A stretch of 64,000 nt of DNA from Lama glama (taxonomy: Eukaryota): NCBI GenBank assembly GCA_028534125.1, contig CM052845.1, positions 24,118,001 to 24,182,000 on the forward strand. The letters are read 5' to 3'. The notes below the pieces were generated by a model. It was not told the origin of the DNA and did no database searches. It saw nothing but the letters and a program-made list of their open reading frames with translations. Each line of letters begins with the position of its first letter. Position 1 is the first letter of the stretch. This document shows, piece by piece, positions 37,701 to 52,700 of this stretch. A program made the translations under genes and the position numbers.

Positions 37701-40700
37701 CAGAAGGTGGGGAAAGTTGAGGGTCGTTGCTCCTCTTGGGGCCTGAACCCCTGTCATTTCCACCCACCTTGGCTTCCCCCCGTTGTGTGAACGCTGCTGC
37801 CGTAGGTCAGGTGCCCGTATCCAGCTCGTCTTCGTGTGCATGTTACATATGCTGGGCTGTATATATTACGTTGTAATGTAAGTGTAGACCCACAAAACCA
37901 AAAAGGGTTTCCAGCAACGGCCCACAACCCAATCACGGGTCACCAGTTTGAATGAGTGAGTCACACCTGCACTTTGTGCAACAGGACAGGCTAAGGCGGG
38001 AGAGAGCACGCAGCGTGTAGTGAGGGAACCGTGTGTGGAGTTTGTTGGTTATGTACGTGAACTGTGCGTGTGTGCGTGTGTGTGTGTGTGCAGGCTGCAA
38101 CACAGTTTCTTCATGTGCGTCCAGATCTAAGAAGTCTCCAAACCATGAGTCCGTGTAACCATCCACCCTCTGAAGGGTGAATTCCTCTATGAGGTCGCCA
38201 CCAAGTGTCCGCTGGGCTCACGGACACTCTGCGAGCAGGGCCGCTGTCTGCCTCCCCACCTCACAGAACTCTCAGACTCGGGAGCCCAGAGAGCTTCAGC
38301 CGGAAGAGAGCGACAGCCCCTCAGTGTGGCTCCCTGTGTGCCCCGTGTGCCCCGGGTACCCCGTGTGCCCCAGGTGCCCCGTGTGCCCCGGGTACGGGTG
38401 CCCCGGGTATGGGGGCCCCGCGCTGGGACACACTCCCTTTGCAGGGCTCCGCAGGGGGTCCCGGTCGGCCAGCGCCCACAGCTTCTTATTAAACAACAGT
38501 GACAGAGTCTCTGTGGTGATGGATTTGACCGCTGCTCAACCTTAAAACCCACAAACAGCATAACAGGAAATCCGACAGATTCGCCGGTTCCGGAGCCCCG
38601 GCCCGGGAGTACCTTCTCAATGAAATACATCAGCGGGTCCTTGCCCCGGTGAGCAGGGGGGTCCCAGCTGAGGACGACATACGTCCTGCTGGTTTCTGAG
38701 ACGTGCACGTTGGTGGGAGGTGCTGGAATCTGCACTTCGCCTGGAGGAGGAACAAACTGAGTGAGGGCTGGAAGAACCCGGCGCGCGGCGGCGGCCACCG
38801 TCGGGCACCGCCCCCGGGCACGTCCCGACGCTGAAGGGCGCTCGGGCCCACCGTCCTGTGCTTTGTTTCTATTTGGGGAAAGCAGCCAATGGCAAGGCCT
38901 GTTTCTCCAGAGCTCGAGTGTCATGAACTGATAAAGACCACCAAGCCAGTTCACATGGAAGAATCTAATCAAAACCCATCCAGAATTTCAGCTGGACGTG
39001 GGGAGGGATTCACCCAGAGGAAGCAGGACATTTAACCAGACTGGGGCTCTGACTGCACGGGGAGCTGGTGCAGGGACGGCGCTGGCAACCGTGCTCTGCA
39101 GTGGGAGCGCCTTGCCCGACGGACTGTGCGCTCCGCCACGACCCTCGCTGGCTGTTCCCCTTAGCGGTGCCCTCAGAGCACTGAAACAATCCATCAGCTC
39201 GTGAAGCACGTTGCTCTTCCTGCCCTGGGAAGACCTGCCCCACAGTCGCAAGCTTCGTTGTCTCTGCCTGTGCACTTGGGATTCCTGAATGACATCAGTG
39301 AGTCTTTTGCAAGTAACTGTGATAAAACATTTGCATCAGAGAGGCCTGCCAGCCCTCTCTTCTGACACATGACGCTTTTTAATACAACGTTGGGTGTCTG
39401 GGGTGTTAAGTTAGCCTATGAGAACTCCTCATAAGGGGTGGAGGTTTTCCAGACCTGCGGTCCCGGTAATTGCAATACAAAATATTATGAGCTTCCAATT
39501 AGATTAGCACATGATTAAAACGGTTCAAACGTCCCCAGGACATCTCTGAGCCCTGCTCGATATCCAGTTGCTCCCTCCAGACTCTGCCGCCAGCAAGAAA
39601 CTGAACAGCCGCATGGAAACAGCGCAAACAAGCCGGGGTTTCATTTCATAAGAGTCCTGTTACTGAGCTCATCACATTTTACGGGCGACGCGGGCGTCGA
39701 AGCAGGCCTGGTCTTATCCAGGAGCATCCTGGCAAGTGGGTTGGATTTCAAGCAAGGAGCCAGGGTGTCTCCAGAAAAATGCCAAGTGTACCGGGCGGAT
39801 CTGCGTGCCGCGTCCACACCTAAGGAGACCAGGGAGGCACGAAGGGGAGAAGACACAGGAAATCCACCAGGGTCACGCGGCCAAGCTCCAGAACGCAGCC
39901 GGGGTCCACTTCAGAGGTACCAGATGGCACAGGAACAAACCGAGGGGACAGGAGGAAGCCAGGCAGGTGACAAAAGCAGCCTGAGCTGGGGGAGTCGGAG
40001 GCAGAAGCACCTCTCCCGCAAGGTCAGCCCTGAATGCCTGGCTGTTTGCAGACCTGGCTCACAACTTCCTGGCCCCGGGAAACAGAACTAAGGGCACTGA
40101 ATCCGAGGCCACGGCAACAAGGAAGAAAATCGTTTCTGTCCGCAGGGAGACCCCGATCGGAGTGAGATGCTTGTGTTCAGACCTTGGGCTGTGCACTAGC
40201 ATGAGCCTCGGGTCTGCAGGCGACCCCAGCCCCGAATGGAAGAGGAGGGGATTCAAGTTGGCCCTGGGGAGCCCAGTGGGGCCACGGAGATACGCTGACG
40301 TCCGTCACCAACACTCCCACAGCTGAGAGGAGACTCAGCAGATGGAGGCAAAACAGAATGAGAGGGAACAGCCAAACGCTCTCCCTGTGTGCTGACCGCA
40401 GCACCGGCTCTGCCCTTGGCCTCTGCCTCTGGGTCACCGTGCTTCTCTGGAGCCCTGTCCTAACGAGTCACGTCAGTACCAGCCGGAAATGGAAACATGA
40501 AATGGACGTGGAGCTCAGAACGGAGCTCAGGGAAACGCTGGGCTTCCTCAGATCACATGGCTAGTGGGCGGTTGAGCTGGGGTCCTTGCCCAAGTCTTCT
40601 GATTCCAAAGCCAGCTTCCTGTTCTGTCAGCTCCAGGATGCCCCAGCCTCCACAGCCCGCCAGGAGACGCTTCTCTAAGTCAATGAAACACGAAGTTTCT

Positions 40701-43700
40701 TTGGAAGTTTTAGAATGCCCAAGATGACAGAATTCGAGAGAAGGAACAGCTGTAAATGAGTTTGTGGCATTCAGAGCAAATGATGGATTCAGCGTGCTAG
40801 CCGCAGACGGCCTTGTCCAGGGCAGGACGGCGACTGCCTGGATCTGCCGCTGGGACAAAGACAATCCCATCGCGTCTGCGGGAGCCGTTCTGATCCTTCC
40901 CCAGACAGGACGTCCACTTTTCCATGAAGCAGCTCAAGGAAGACTGGAAATGTTGGATGACATTAAGAGAGAAGCTTGGATAGCAATTTAAATGTTTGCA
41001 GGAAGACACTCACCAAGATTTAAATGATGATGAAAATTCGGCCAAAAAAACATGAAATAGCAAAGGAGCGACTTCTGAGCCAACAAAAGAAATGTCTCTC
41101 CTTCATTAACACAAATGGCATTTGCCAGTTCTTTTTCTGGCCAAAACAGCACTGAGAGAGGAAGCTAAGCTTAGATGAAGAAAAGAGATATGGACAGAAA
41201 AGGCAGAAATTCCTACAGCACATCTGAACCGAGACACGGTTTCCTTGAAAACGTTACGGAGTTTCTGTCTCTATGAAGATCTGTATTGACTGGAAGAGGT
41301 ATTTGTTGCTTAAAGTGAGCAAACAGATGAACGTTCCGACCCCCGTCTCAGGGTTAGGGTATTAAACTTCACACCTGGTTTGTTCTAGACCGCGGCCGCG
41401 GCCGAGCCCCGCAGGCACAGCCTCGCACGGGGAGCTGAAGGCCTGTGGGGCTGCACTCCGGGCCGTGCCAACGTCCCAAGGCAACTGAGTTTCCATCTGA
41501 GTGCCTGAGCCTCGGCCTTTCACGACCAGCTACGCAAACAGAGCCTCAGAAACATCTCCCAGAACGTGGCTGTAAAGCCACCACGTTCAGGAAATCATCC
41601 AACAGCAGGAAGTCACGGGCCCAGGCAACCAGAAGCCCTGGCTGCTTACGAGAAAGAAAAAGAGAGACGACACGTGGGAGGTGTTAGCTGAGACTCTGTT
41701 CCAGGCGGAAACAAGCTCTGTTGTGTAAGACAAACTTCCATCGTAGCTGTCGGAAAACAAGGCCTTGCAAACGTGTTATCTCTTTATTTGGCCCTCCATG
41801 AATGGCGGGCTATTTATACCGGCTGTATCATCTTCACGTATGAAGCGATCCCCGAAAGGGCACCGTTCCCCCCCTGGAAAGGGGTGTCGGGTCACGCGAC
41901 CTCGCCCCCGCGGCTTTTCACAGTGACCTTCGCAGCGCGCAGGCTCGCCGCAGGGGTGCAGTGTTTACAGACCAGTTCACGCCTTCTCGCTTCAGGTCAT
42001 TCTCACCCGGTTTGCGTTCCGACCTGCCCGCCCAGGTAACTGAGGTGGCTGCTCTCCTCAAGGACCCGTCAGAGGGGGAAGGCGCCCCCCTTCCCTCTCT
42101 CGTGTCAGAAATGTCTGTTTCGCCCAGGCCGACCTGTCGCAGCAGCGCCTCTCCCAGACACCAGGGGCTGTTTTTTATTCATTCAAACATCCGCCCTAAT
42201 CAGCCATTTAGGACGTCACCACGTCAGCCTTTCCCGAGGGTTTCCTTTCGTCTCTCACTTACTGGGCGTCTCTCCCAGGTTCTGGGACTTTCTGGAAGTG
42301 AAGGTTTTAACCAAGACTTTAACCAGAACCCATAAAGGATGCTCCTCAGAGAATTACATGTTCTTCTCAAGATCCTGGAGAAACGTCTTTACGGGGCAGG
42401 TGATACGAGGTCTGGATGCCACTCGGGGGTAAATGTGAATGTCAGCCTCTGGCCTCCTCCGACTCTGCGGCTCTCTGGGGAGAGAACCATCTCCCCAGGC
42501 CAGCTGCAATTTTAAAGAACTCAGAAGTACCTCTCCTGGGACAGTGGCTCCAAATTAAGTCTTTTTTTTAATTTTTAAGTTTTCCCTCGTCCTCTATGAA
42601 TGCAGATTATAAGTGCAACTAAAATCTCCGGCCTTCTGGTTAATGATGCTGGATTCCCCTTCTCAGGAAACCCACCTTCCGAGCTTTCTCTCTTGGGAAG
42701 AAATATTAAAGAGAAGTGGTCATAAAATCCAGTATCAAAAAGGAAACGCAAACTTTCGAGCCACAGGGACATTATTTGGCAGGAAAGATTAATCCCTTTC
42801 AGTTAAAATACATTTTTTTTGCTTAAAAAAATAAAAGCAAATACTATTCTAGCAGTGGCGTCTGGGAGAAGGGACCGCGGCCTCGGCCAGGAATCACGTT
42901 CCAGAGTCCGTCTGGTCACGTCTCTGTAAGTCCCCAGGGAGCGCGGGTGACCCCCCCACACACATACACACACACACACACACACACGCGGGGACGCGGC
43001 CGCAACTCCGCTGACGCCAACTCCTGCTCTCGCTCCCACCCTCTGCCCTGCGAGCCCTGAAGCCTGACCTGCAGTTTTGATTTTTACACAGAAGAGTGAA
43101 CCCACCTCATGGGTGTTTTCCCTCCGTCTTGCTTCCCTAATCACAAAGCCCTAATCCCCGGGGCATACGCAGCTGCAGGGACGGGGAAGAGTTCCTTACC
43201 TTCGAGGTCATCCTGATAGGTTACCGTTTCCTTGTGTCCCCCCAGGTGGGCTGCTGCGGAGAGAAAGGGTGGTGCTGAATTTGAGGTGCAAAGGTTCCTA
43301 CAGAAAACAGCCGCTTTCCCCGGGACGAGGTCCGACTCCCCTTGCAGCCTGACCGCGGCGTCCGTGCAGCTCTGGCAGAACCAGGGCTGACGCCTTGGAA
43401 GACGCCTTAAAGGCACCTGGTGCTTCTCAGGTCTTCTCAGGCCACGCAGGTGAGGACAGCGCACGGATTGACCCAGAACCACAAGTAAGGGTCCGATCCC
43501 GTTGAGGAATCTGCGGCCAGTGACATTAAGGGGCTTGGCTTCAGCGCCTTCTGAGCCTCATCGTGTGTTGAAATGGCAACATCGATGGACTGAAAAAAGT
43601 CAAGTTCTGAACCAGTTTAAACTGGACTCCGTGAAGAGCCTTGGAAAGATGTCTGAAGCCCCTTCGCTTCAAAGTCTAAGTGTCAGCCTGGCTGTCCCCA

Positions 43701-46700
43701 CCACTAACGTGGCCTTGGTGGCCACACGGGGGACCCCGAGGTGCGGCTCAGCCCTGGAGATGCTCTCCAGGCTCGCACACAAGCTAGGGGGAAGAGAGAG
43801 AACAGTTGCACAAAGCTGCCGGAAACCTGAAATCTCGGCCACCTACCATGCAGCCTTTTGAGGTCCAGGGGGTCGAGGGCGGCCACAGCCTCCGAGACTC
43901 TGGACGGCCGGCTGGTGCCAGCGCTGTTGACGGCCCGCACGCGGAAGATGTACGACCTTCCTTCCAAGAGGCCGGTCACCGGGTATTTACAGATTTTTAC
44001 AGGGGCGTCGTTGCACTGAACCCAGTTGTCAGTTCCCACTTCACAGCTTCAGCGATAAAGAGAAGAGCAGAGAACACCAAGCACGTCAGTCTGGTCGGCG
44101 TACGCGGCGCGTCCGTCGCCCGCGCCCGCGTCCCATGCACGCTCGGCCACTGCGGCAGGAGGCTGCCTCCACCGGCACAGCCGGTGCTGTCCAAATGCTG
44201 GCTTCCACAAACTGCAGTGTACGTGGACTTCAGGAGACAGAGCCACCTGGGAAGTGCGGCATATACACACACTTCTCCCCGAGCCTTTGTAGCGCGGCTG
44301 GAGGTTAATCCCTGACTTCAGACGCATTCAGGCAAAATCTCCAGAGGACACTTCAGGTCTGTCCCTGAGAGCTCTCTTCCTGTTTACACCCCAGAATCAG
44401 CGGCTGCCCCCACGCGCCCCGCACGTCCGCTGCAGAGACTCAGGAAACCAACGGCCTTCCACCCGGTGCCGCACGGTGGCTGCCGCTTCCTCCCCCGAGC
44501 CATGAGGTGTGTCCTCCCCGCACGGCTGGCCCACCGCCTACCCCAACAACGTCAAGGTGTTTCTTTCCAGAGCAGCTCCCTTGTGGAATTTGGACGTCTT
44601 CTGAAAATATTAAGTCCTGACCAGAAATCTAGAGACGCAGCCAAGATTAACCTCCGTTTCTCACAGGCTGAGAAATTTCAGGACTGAAGCTTCCTGTCAG
44701 ATTCCCAGGAGGAAGGAGCAAGTTGAGAAGACCCGGCTTTCGGGGCTGTCCAGCCCCAGGGTCATGCCCGCGCTTTTAGAAGGGTCAACTCTCTTTCCTC
44801 CTGACGAATCGGGGTTTTTCACGAAGTTCTCTGACCAGCATGCGCTGCCCTGTCTCAGCCAGAGGCTGACGTGGTCCAAACTGAGAGGCTGGCAGGGGAG
44901 GAACTCAGCTCAAAGCAGCCGCTGGCAAGTTGCAAGGACAGGAGAGGGCCAGAAAAGGGGCCGCCTCCCCCCACCCAGAGTTTCTGCTGCTTTTATCTTT
45001 TTTAACGAGGGAGAGACCGGAGCGGAGCATTAACTGAGAAGGTGCCAAGTGGTTGGGAAAATTATCAAATGTCTTAGGACAGTAGAAAATAGTTTTGTTT
45101 TTCATTTTTTAATTCAAGGTAAACTCTGAATGATGCAACTCTGACTCCAGAACTATCGGACTATTTCCCTGAGGGTGAATGTCCTGCCTAAATACAGTTT
45201 TGTTGGTGGAGAAGGGAATTCAGTTAATACAACGCCAGCAAACGGAGCTGGCTCTGTTTTCTGAAATAACCTCCTTATTTTATTTTTTTTACACATACAA
45301 GATCTTAAGTTCCATCCAGAACCATCCAGAACCTAAGCGAAGAGCTAATGCCCTCTGTCTTCTAGATCCACCTTCTTTGACTGTGACTTCACTCGGTGCT
45401 TATAACCGCAAATGCAGTGAACCCACGGCTCTGCCCGTGCTCTGCCCAGCCCCTGAGCGCTGCACAAGTGAAGGAACGTGAAGGGTCAGAACCGCCCGGG
45501 GGCTCAGATGCCCTACGTTCCAGCAGCACTAACAGCTCCCGCCCTGAGGCATCACTATCTTTCACCTCGAAACAAGAAGCGGACGCTGCTTCACAGAGAG
45601 GAAGACGGCATTTGGGTCCGAATGGGCCAGCACCCTCCGCTGCAGCTCCCGGCGCCCGGGCTCCTGCCCTCGGGAGCGGGGAACAGGGCCGAGCGTGGAC
45701 CCGCCAGCCGGAGCCCCGTTCCCAGCCCCGGGCTGGACCCTCAGCAGAACCTGAGGCCGGGCTCAGAGCCTGGGGACACAGGGTGGGGCCTGGTCCTCGT
45801 GTTGAGCAGGCCAACGGAGCCCCCCCGCCGCCACCACCACCACACAGAGGGGCCTGCCTGTTTGGTGGTATTTTCCAGTTACGCAGTCAGGAACGCTAAG
45901 TAACCAAGCAGTGAATTCCTACATCCCATCGAGAAAGGTGTCGAGACCCTGAGAGTAGGAAAATACCCATAAATAAATGAATGCTTAAGCTCCAGAACAT
46001 AACAAGGAAAACGCCCAAGCCGCTGTCCTCGGCGACACCCACTTCAGGAGCGCTTCATCCCCGGAGGGACCAGCACTCACCGGTCGATGAAGTAGCCGAG
46101 GACCGGGCTCTCGGTGGTCGTGTTGGGCGGCTTCCACGTCACGATGACGTAGTCGCGGTTGGCGTCGTGGCACTGCAAGTCCATGGGCGCGCCTGGAGCC
46201 CCCGTCACCAGGGGGTCCGCATCTGGTGGGGGAGGCACGTGGTCAGGGGCTGGGGCGGGGGGCACGGGGCACGGGGCCCTCGAGTCTGGGGTTCTTCATA
46301 ACTGAACCCAAAATCAGATCCACCCTCTCCTGACGGCACAGGGCCACGTCACATCACATCAATACCGACTGAGGAAAGGATGAGAACAGCAATGAGGCCT
46401 CTCAGACCCTGAGAAGTGCCCCTGCAGCCCAGGGTGCTTCAGCGTCCTCAGATGGGAGGGTTTAAATTTCTCTCCTGCAAGCTGTGAGCACACGCTGGGC
46501 CTGTCCTCATGGGTCCTGCCCCACAGCCGGCTGACCACGCACAGTTACGGTTTGGCCTCAAGGCCGACAGAGCAGTTTAGAAAGTGCAGACCCTGCGCAT
46601 CTGGCCTCCCTGCCGCAGACGCGCATTTGTTCAGTGACCGCCATGGCTGCTGCCCCGTCTCAGCAGGGCAAGCACGATGCAGCTCCTGCTCCCGTCTCCT

Positions 46701-49700
46701 CAGCATGTTAAAAGCAAAGGATTTCTGACGTGGAGCCATTTTCTCTCCTGTTCAGAATCCTCGGAAAGTAATGGGAACAGCCAGAGTCCCCCACGTGCGT
46801 CCCTTCCCCGTGCTGGCTGAGCTGCAGAGCAAGGTGACTTCAGCTGCGCTGTATTTACTGCGCTTTAATGGGGCGGAACATCTCGCCAGAGGCAGGCTCA
46901 GAGAATGGAAGGGACGCCTTAAGGCCAACGTAATAAAAACGGTAAAACTTTGTGCGTGTGTGTAAAACCCCAGCCTTGCGAGTTTATGCCGTCTGGTGGG
47001 GGTGGGGGGCTTAATTTGCATTTTCCTTTTTTTTTAAGTTAAAATATTCCCGGATGACATAGCCCTTCCTTCGTACGCAGATCTAACTGATCTGGTTTGG
47101 GAAAAATAATACATAATCGGGTTATTCCAGGCACAGGCAACCTGGTGTCGGAGGCGGACGTAAGGCTGCAGGAGACACAAGCCCACGACAGGCGAGGCCA
47201 GGTGCACGAGAACAGAGGGCAGCAAATCCCGAGGGAGGGGCCGGGGGGAGGGAGCTGGGGCCCGGGGTCAGTGCAGCGGCCCAGCCACCCAGGGTGGGCT
47301 GTGCTGATGTCCTCAGGGCGGTTCAGCCATGCCTTGGCCAAGAGGGGCCTCTGTGCCCGAGGGCAGGCGCGGGGAAGGGCTCGGGCAGGCGGTGTCCCCA
47401 CACACACAGGGCTGCAGCTTCACGGGGGACCCAGCTCTGGCCCCCAGCACCTGCACCCTAGGGAGGTCCCCACACCTTCATTTGAAAAGGAAAGAGTATT
47501 TTAGACTGCATACGTGTATGTGAGTAGATGTGTGTACACACGTATATGTACACCTGTATGTAAGGATACACACATGCGTGTATGTACATTGTACACAAAA
47601 TATATATAATCTTACCCTTTTTATATGTCCCTTCATCCACTTTATATACAAAACGTATGGAAGACACGTCCAGGCACACACACGAACGTGTTCACCTGTA
47701 AGCCGGTGTGTGATGGGCACTTACATGTAACACAGAAGTATGTCACACGTCTAAAGACCGGCGTGCCTATACAGCACGCACGTGACATCTACCGCGGTGC
47801 CTGGCGTGTGGTGGATTTTGTTTTCCTTCCCACAAGTGGGATGGAGAAAGCTGTCCTGCGGGCTGTCGTGAGGATGAAGTCGCCAGACGTAAACCCTCAG
47901 GCGTGTGGCCGCCAACATCATCAACTTAAACACGCGTGTGCTTGAAGTGGGGGGACTCAGGAGGGCGGGAGGCTGGCCGTGGTCTTCTGCCCCTCATGCT
48001 GAGGGGGTCTGAGGGAGTCTGAGGGAGCGGATGAGGTGGGCGACACGGGCGGCCCCACAACCTGCCCTCTCGCTCCAGACCCGCCCCCTCTCGGGCTCCC
48101 TGCAGAGTTAGCGGTGGGGCTGTGTTCACTCTTCACAGACATTCTGTAAATTCCAGCAAGCGACCAGGGACTGACTCGGAAGGACAGCCCTGGTCCACGT
48201 CCGCCCCGGACGCTGTCGGGGGCACCCAGGGAACCAGCACTCAGTCCCACCCGCCAGCCCGCACACCTCGGACAAACAGGAAGGCGCTGTGGTCTCTGAC
48301 CCCTCCCCTGGACACGATCCTCAGGGTGTAGAGGCCCTCGTCGTCCTTGTTCAGGTGGCTGAAGGACAGCGAGGCCTGGCCCTCCCCGAAGAACATCTTC
48401 GTCCACTGGGACTCCTTCAGCAGCACATCTGGAAGGAGTTCAAAGCGAGATGCTTTCAGGGGCGCCGAGGACCCCGGAGCACACCTGCAGGACAGACGTG
48501 CGAGGCCCACGAGACGCCCGTGCCCAACCCCGGCGTGCCCCTCGCTGGGGGGCCGGGGACAGCGTTCCAAGCGCGAAGGCTACAGCTTGTCAGAAACGGG
48601 CACGGCTCTGCCCTCGAGCGGCACCGAACCTCGACGCTGACCCCAGGACGGGCTCCACCAGGTTCCTTAGAAATAAACCGTCAAGTGCCGACAAACCCTC
48701 CTCAGGAGGCCGTGGCGCCACAGAGGCCAGTTTTGAGAGAAGAAATTAAATGATGAAAAAACATCCCACGCCGGACATTGCAGAAACGCAAAGAACAGTG
48801 AGGAGAAATCTCCCTTCACCCACCGATCTGGCAGCGTCTACAGCTGGAAAGGGCAGGGAGCCACGCTCACATTCTGGTGGGAGCGCAGCTGTGCAGATGC
48901 AAAGTGAGAAGGCCTGCCCCGGCCTTAAAATAGGCTCGCAGCCTGGACACCACGGCACAGACCCTAAGAGCTGCCCCAAGGCGTCAGAAGGCAGGTGGTG
49001 AGGACTTTATTCCAGAAATGTTTGCAACAGAGAAAATATAAACCAGCTCAAACACTGAAACGCAGGGCAGGGACGGCCAGCTCACGTAGCGGGGCACAGG
49101 GAGCTCCCGAGCTACGGGTGCCAAAGGACAGAGGCTGTTGCCGTGCTCTGCTCAGCCGAAGAAGGAGACTTCAGATTCAAACCGTGTTCCCTGTTGTAAC
49201 ACCTGCGTACGGATCCAGAGAGACAGCACGTGACAGACAAACAGAAGTAATCTTCCCCATAAACCTACACTGCATGTGTTACAAGAAAGGATTTATTTTT
49301 ATATTTTTAATTTTTAAAACCTGGCACATATCGCACCTCACTGGCAAGCTCAGGAGTGCCCTGGGCCACGGGGCACGGGGATGCGGGGGGCACGGGGTAC
49401 AAATTCTGCTCCACTTAGTCGGCCTCACGGGCAAATCACACCCAGCATGGTCTCGTGTTTTATTCTACAGAACAGGGGTTTTCTGGCCTGCGGTCACTTT
49501 AGAGTTCTGATCCCCCTTAAATTGTGTCCCAGTTCCAAATGTCCTTGTCACGCTGCACTTCCCGAGCCCGGCAGAGGGCGTCACTTTGTGGGCTCCCGTC
49601 GCCTCGGGGCCGACAGGCCATTGGTGGCTCAAGGTTCCTTAATGCTAAAGAGTAGAAAACACATCGTTGCCTCTTTAGGTCTGAAAATAAGCTGGGGAGA

Positions 49701-52700
49701 GTGGCCTCCACACGTTCCCACTGGAGCAGCAGCTCCCAGCTCAGCCCCAGCCACAGCCGCTCCAGCCCCGCGGAGGACGGCCCGTCAGACACGGCTTTGA
49801 ACTTGCCAGGTCCTTTCAAATCAGTCAAGCCTGTGAAACCGCGTGTCCCCAGAACTCCGGGCACTTCCTAGTCACGGGAAAAGCTTCTCAAAGCATTAGG
49901 AGAACTGTCCTCAAATCCACTTCATCTCCCTCCAGAAAGGGTGAGTTAGACTCCTAGAACTTGAATTAGACCTTAAACCTTACACCAGAGCAACAGTGGG
50001 TGAACTGGACCTCCTCGGCCACCCCCACCCCAGCCCCTTCTCTCCCTCGTGGGGCATAAAAATCAGACACGGCCTGAATGATCGACCCAACTGGCGTCAA
50101 GGGTCTGCAAAGCCAGCTGTGCGCTCCCCCGGCCCCTGCAAGGTCACGGGCCCTCCCCGACCCGGGACACATCCCCGCGCTCCTCTGCCCTGCACCTGGG
50201 CCCGGGCACCCCACCCCCTCACCCTGAGGCCTGCTCATCTTTCAGCAACCTATTTTTTCTTTCCACAAAGCCCTCCGTCATCGCTGCAGACCTGCTTTCC
50301 TGGCTAAGTCCGGCAGCACACTGGGCCAGGACCGCACATTTGGCAAAGCATTTCACCCCATCCTGGGACATTTCTCACACTGTATGGAGACACAGCTTTA
50401 CCATTCTGTGTGTTTTCCCGACTAGAATATAAATATCTCATGGGCAGGAGTGGCCTGCGATTCTCTGTAATATTCCACATTGTGTCAGGTTCTGAAGAAA
50501 TACGGGTGGAACATCCTGTGACTGCGTCCTCGGGAGAGACGCTCCCTTTAGCCCAGAGATGAAGCCCCTCCCACACCCTGCACACAGCCGGCTGCACGGA
50601 GCAGCCGAGCTGGCTGGGCAGCGGTGCCGGGCCAGGTGGGGCCTGCAGCCAGGCGGCCCGGGTTCGAGTCCCAGCTCGGCCCCTCTGGGGGTGGGGGAGG
50701 TGGGGCGAGCTCCTCGTCTCAGCTGCCTACCTTGCGGGACTTAAGGGCACTTACATCGTGGTCCTGATGAAGATCAAGTGAGTTACAGCACTCAGAGCAG
50801 AGTCGGGCACAGACATGCCCTCACGGTGTAGCTGTTGTTTTTGCCAAGGGAAAACAGACACAGACGCCTCGCCCACCCTTTCTCATCCCTTGGAGACCCT
50901 CCTGATGGGGCTATAAAGCCCTGGTGACTCATCTAAATCCAGGCGCCCCCGTTCGCCCCGTTCCCTGGGGAAGCTCAAGGCCACGGGTGCTCCAGGCTCT
51001 CCCCCGGCCCACGGCCATCACAGAGGTGGAGACAGACACGGGTCAGCACTAAGGTTTACGACCCACCGTTACCCCAGCAAGGCCCAGATCGGAGCCCGAG
51101 CCCGAGCACGAGGCGACACTCACCATCCCGGTACCACTCGGCCCGTGGCTGCACCCTCTTCAGTTCCGGCGTCACCAGCAGCAAGCACTTGAGGGTCAGG
51201 GTCTCGCCCTCTCTCCGGAAGGTGACCCCAAATTTCTCCACAAACTGCACGTCGAAGTGCATGTATGGAATCACAGGCGACAGGGGCACTGCGGAGCAGA
51301 GGGACGCGGTCAGCACAGGAGGGGCCGGCGGACATGGGTCTCCTCCCCCTGCACCCACCTCCTCCAAGGAGCCGCGTCCTGGGGTGAACATCATGCCCCG
51401 GGTTCTCATGTCGAAGCCCTGGCTCCCCAGCCCAGTGGCTAGGAGGCGGCCCGTGGGGACGGTTAGGGTTGAATGGGGTCACCCGGGTGGGGCCCCTGGT
51501 GGGATCAGTGCCCTGGTGAAAAGCGGAAGAGACCCAGCCCTCCCTCCTCCAGTGAGGGCTCAGAGAGAAGGTGGCTTCTGCAGATGGGACCAGGCCTCCT
51601 CCACCCGGGGGGCTCCTTGACCTTGGGCCCGCAGCCCCCGGAGCTGACGGAAGTAACTGTCTGATGCGTAAGCCTCTGGGTGTGGTGTTCGTTACAGCGC
51701 CTGAGCTGACCAAGACACTTCTGAAGCGTCGGAAGACCAGCCGTGGGGTCGTATCTGGCCATCTCAGCCAAAGGAGGATGGAGGGGCCGGGCGTGCGGGG
51801 AGGCAGCCTGGGCCCCGTGTGGTGAGCGAGGGTTTACTTAGATTCTGCATCAGCCCCAGAATCCATGGCCACGGCCGTCAGCACACGGACCCCGGCCAGG
51901 AGAAAGGGTCTTTTGAAATATGGTTTTAAAATAATATTTTATGCTGAAAAATACGTATTTTTTAATTACATGCTATGTTTGTACACATTTTTCCACACAA
52001 AAAATGAGAACAATCAACTTACACCCGATCGGGAGTCCCACCGAACGGAAGGGCTCCTCGTCGCCTCGGAACCCTGCAAGACAGCCAGCGCTGGTGCTCA
52101 CGGCGGAGAGACGGGGCGGGAGGGCACCCCCGCAGCCCGCGCGCCCCACCCGAGGCCAACTCACTTCTCACCACCACCGCCGCGTTGGTGGACACCTGCC
52201 CGTGCACGTTCGTGGCCACCGCCGAGTAGGTCGCGCTGTCGTCAAAGTCCGCCCTGGGAGGGAAAGGGCGAGACATCGCCCAAACAAGCTGCGTCCTGTT
52301 CTCTAGGAGCCGGTGGCCCCAACTTGCACACAGCCCCCCCCGAAAGTGGCTCGTGTGGCCTGGAGCCCTCGGTCACGAGTGATCGGGTCTGGAACAGTGC
52401 CAGCTCTGTCCTCGAACGAGGTGTTAAGTGTAGACGCGGGAGAGGTCAGGGCCCAGGCCGCGGCTTGTCTTCGGCTTTGCGGGGAATAAACGCACTGGCT
52501 CCCCTGCAAAGCGCCGTTTCACTCTCAAGGGGAAGCCTGTCTCCCCTCTGGTTCTGTTTTTCCACGTCTGCAGAGTTCCTAGTTTTATCTCGTCAAGGGG
52601 CAGCTCCAGGGGTCACAGCCTCCTGGAGGGTTAACCCCACCTCCCTCCCCTGGGTTCCCACGTGCAGACCCCAAAGCAGGGTGGCCCCCTGTAGAGAGTC

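Noticed and set aside
41350-41361. GGGTTAGGG telomere-like motif
   Set aside because: A single unit, not an interstitial telomeric array
41809-41820. MEF2-like CTATTTATAC, and CTTAAAATAG near 48924
   Set aside because: One mismatch from consensus and no supporting motif cluster noticed
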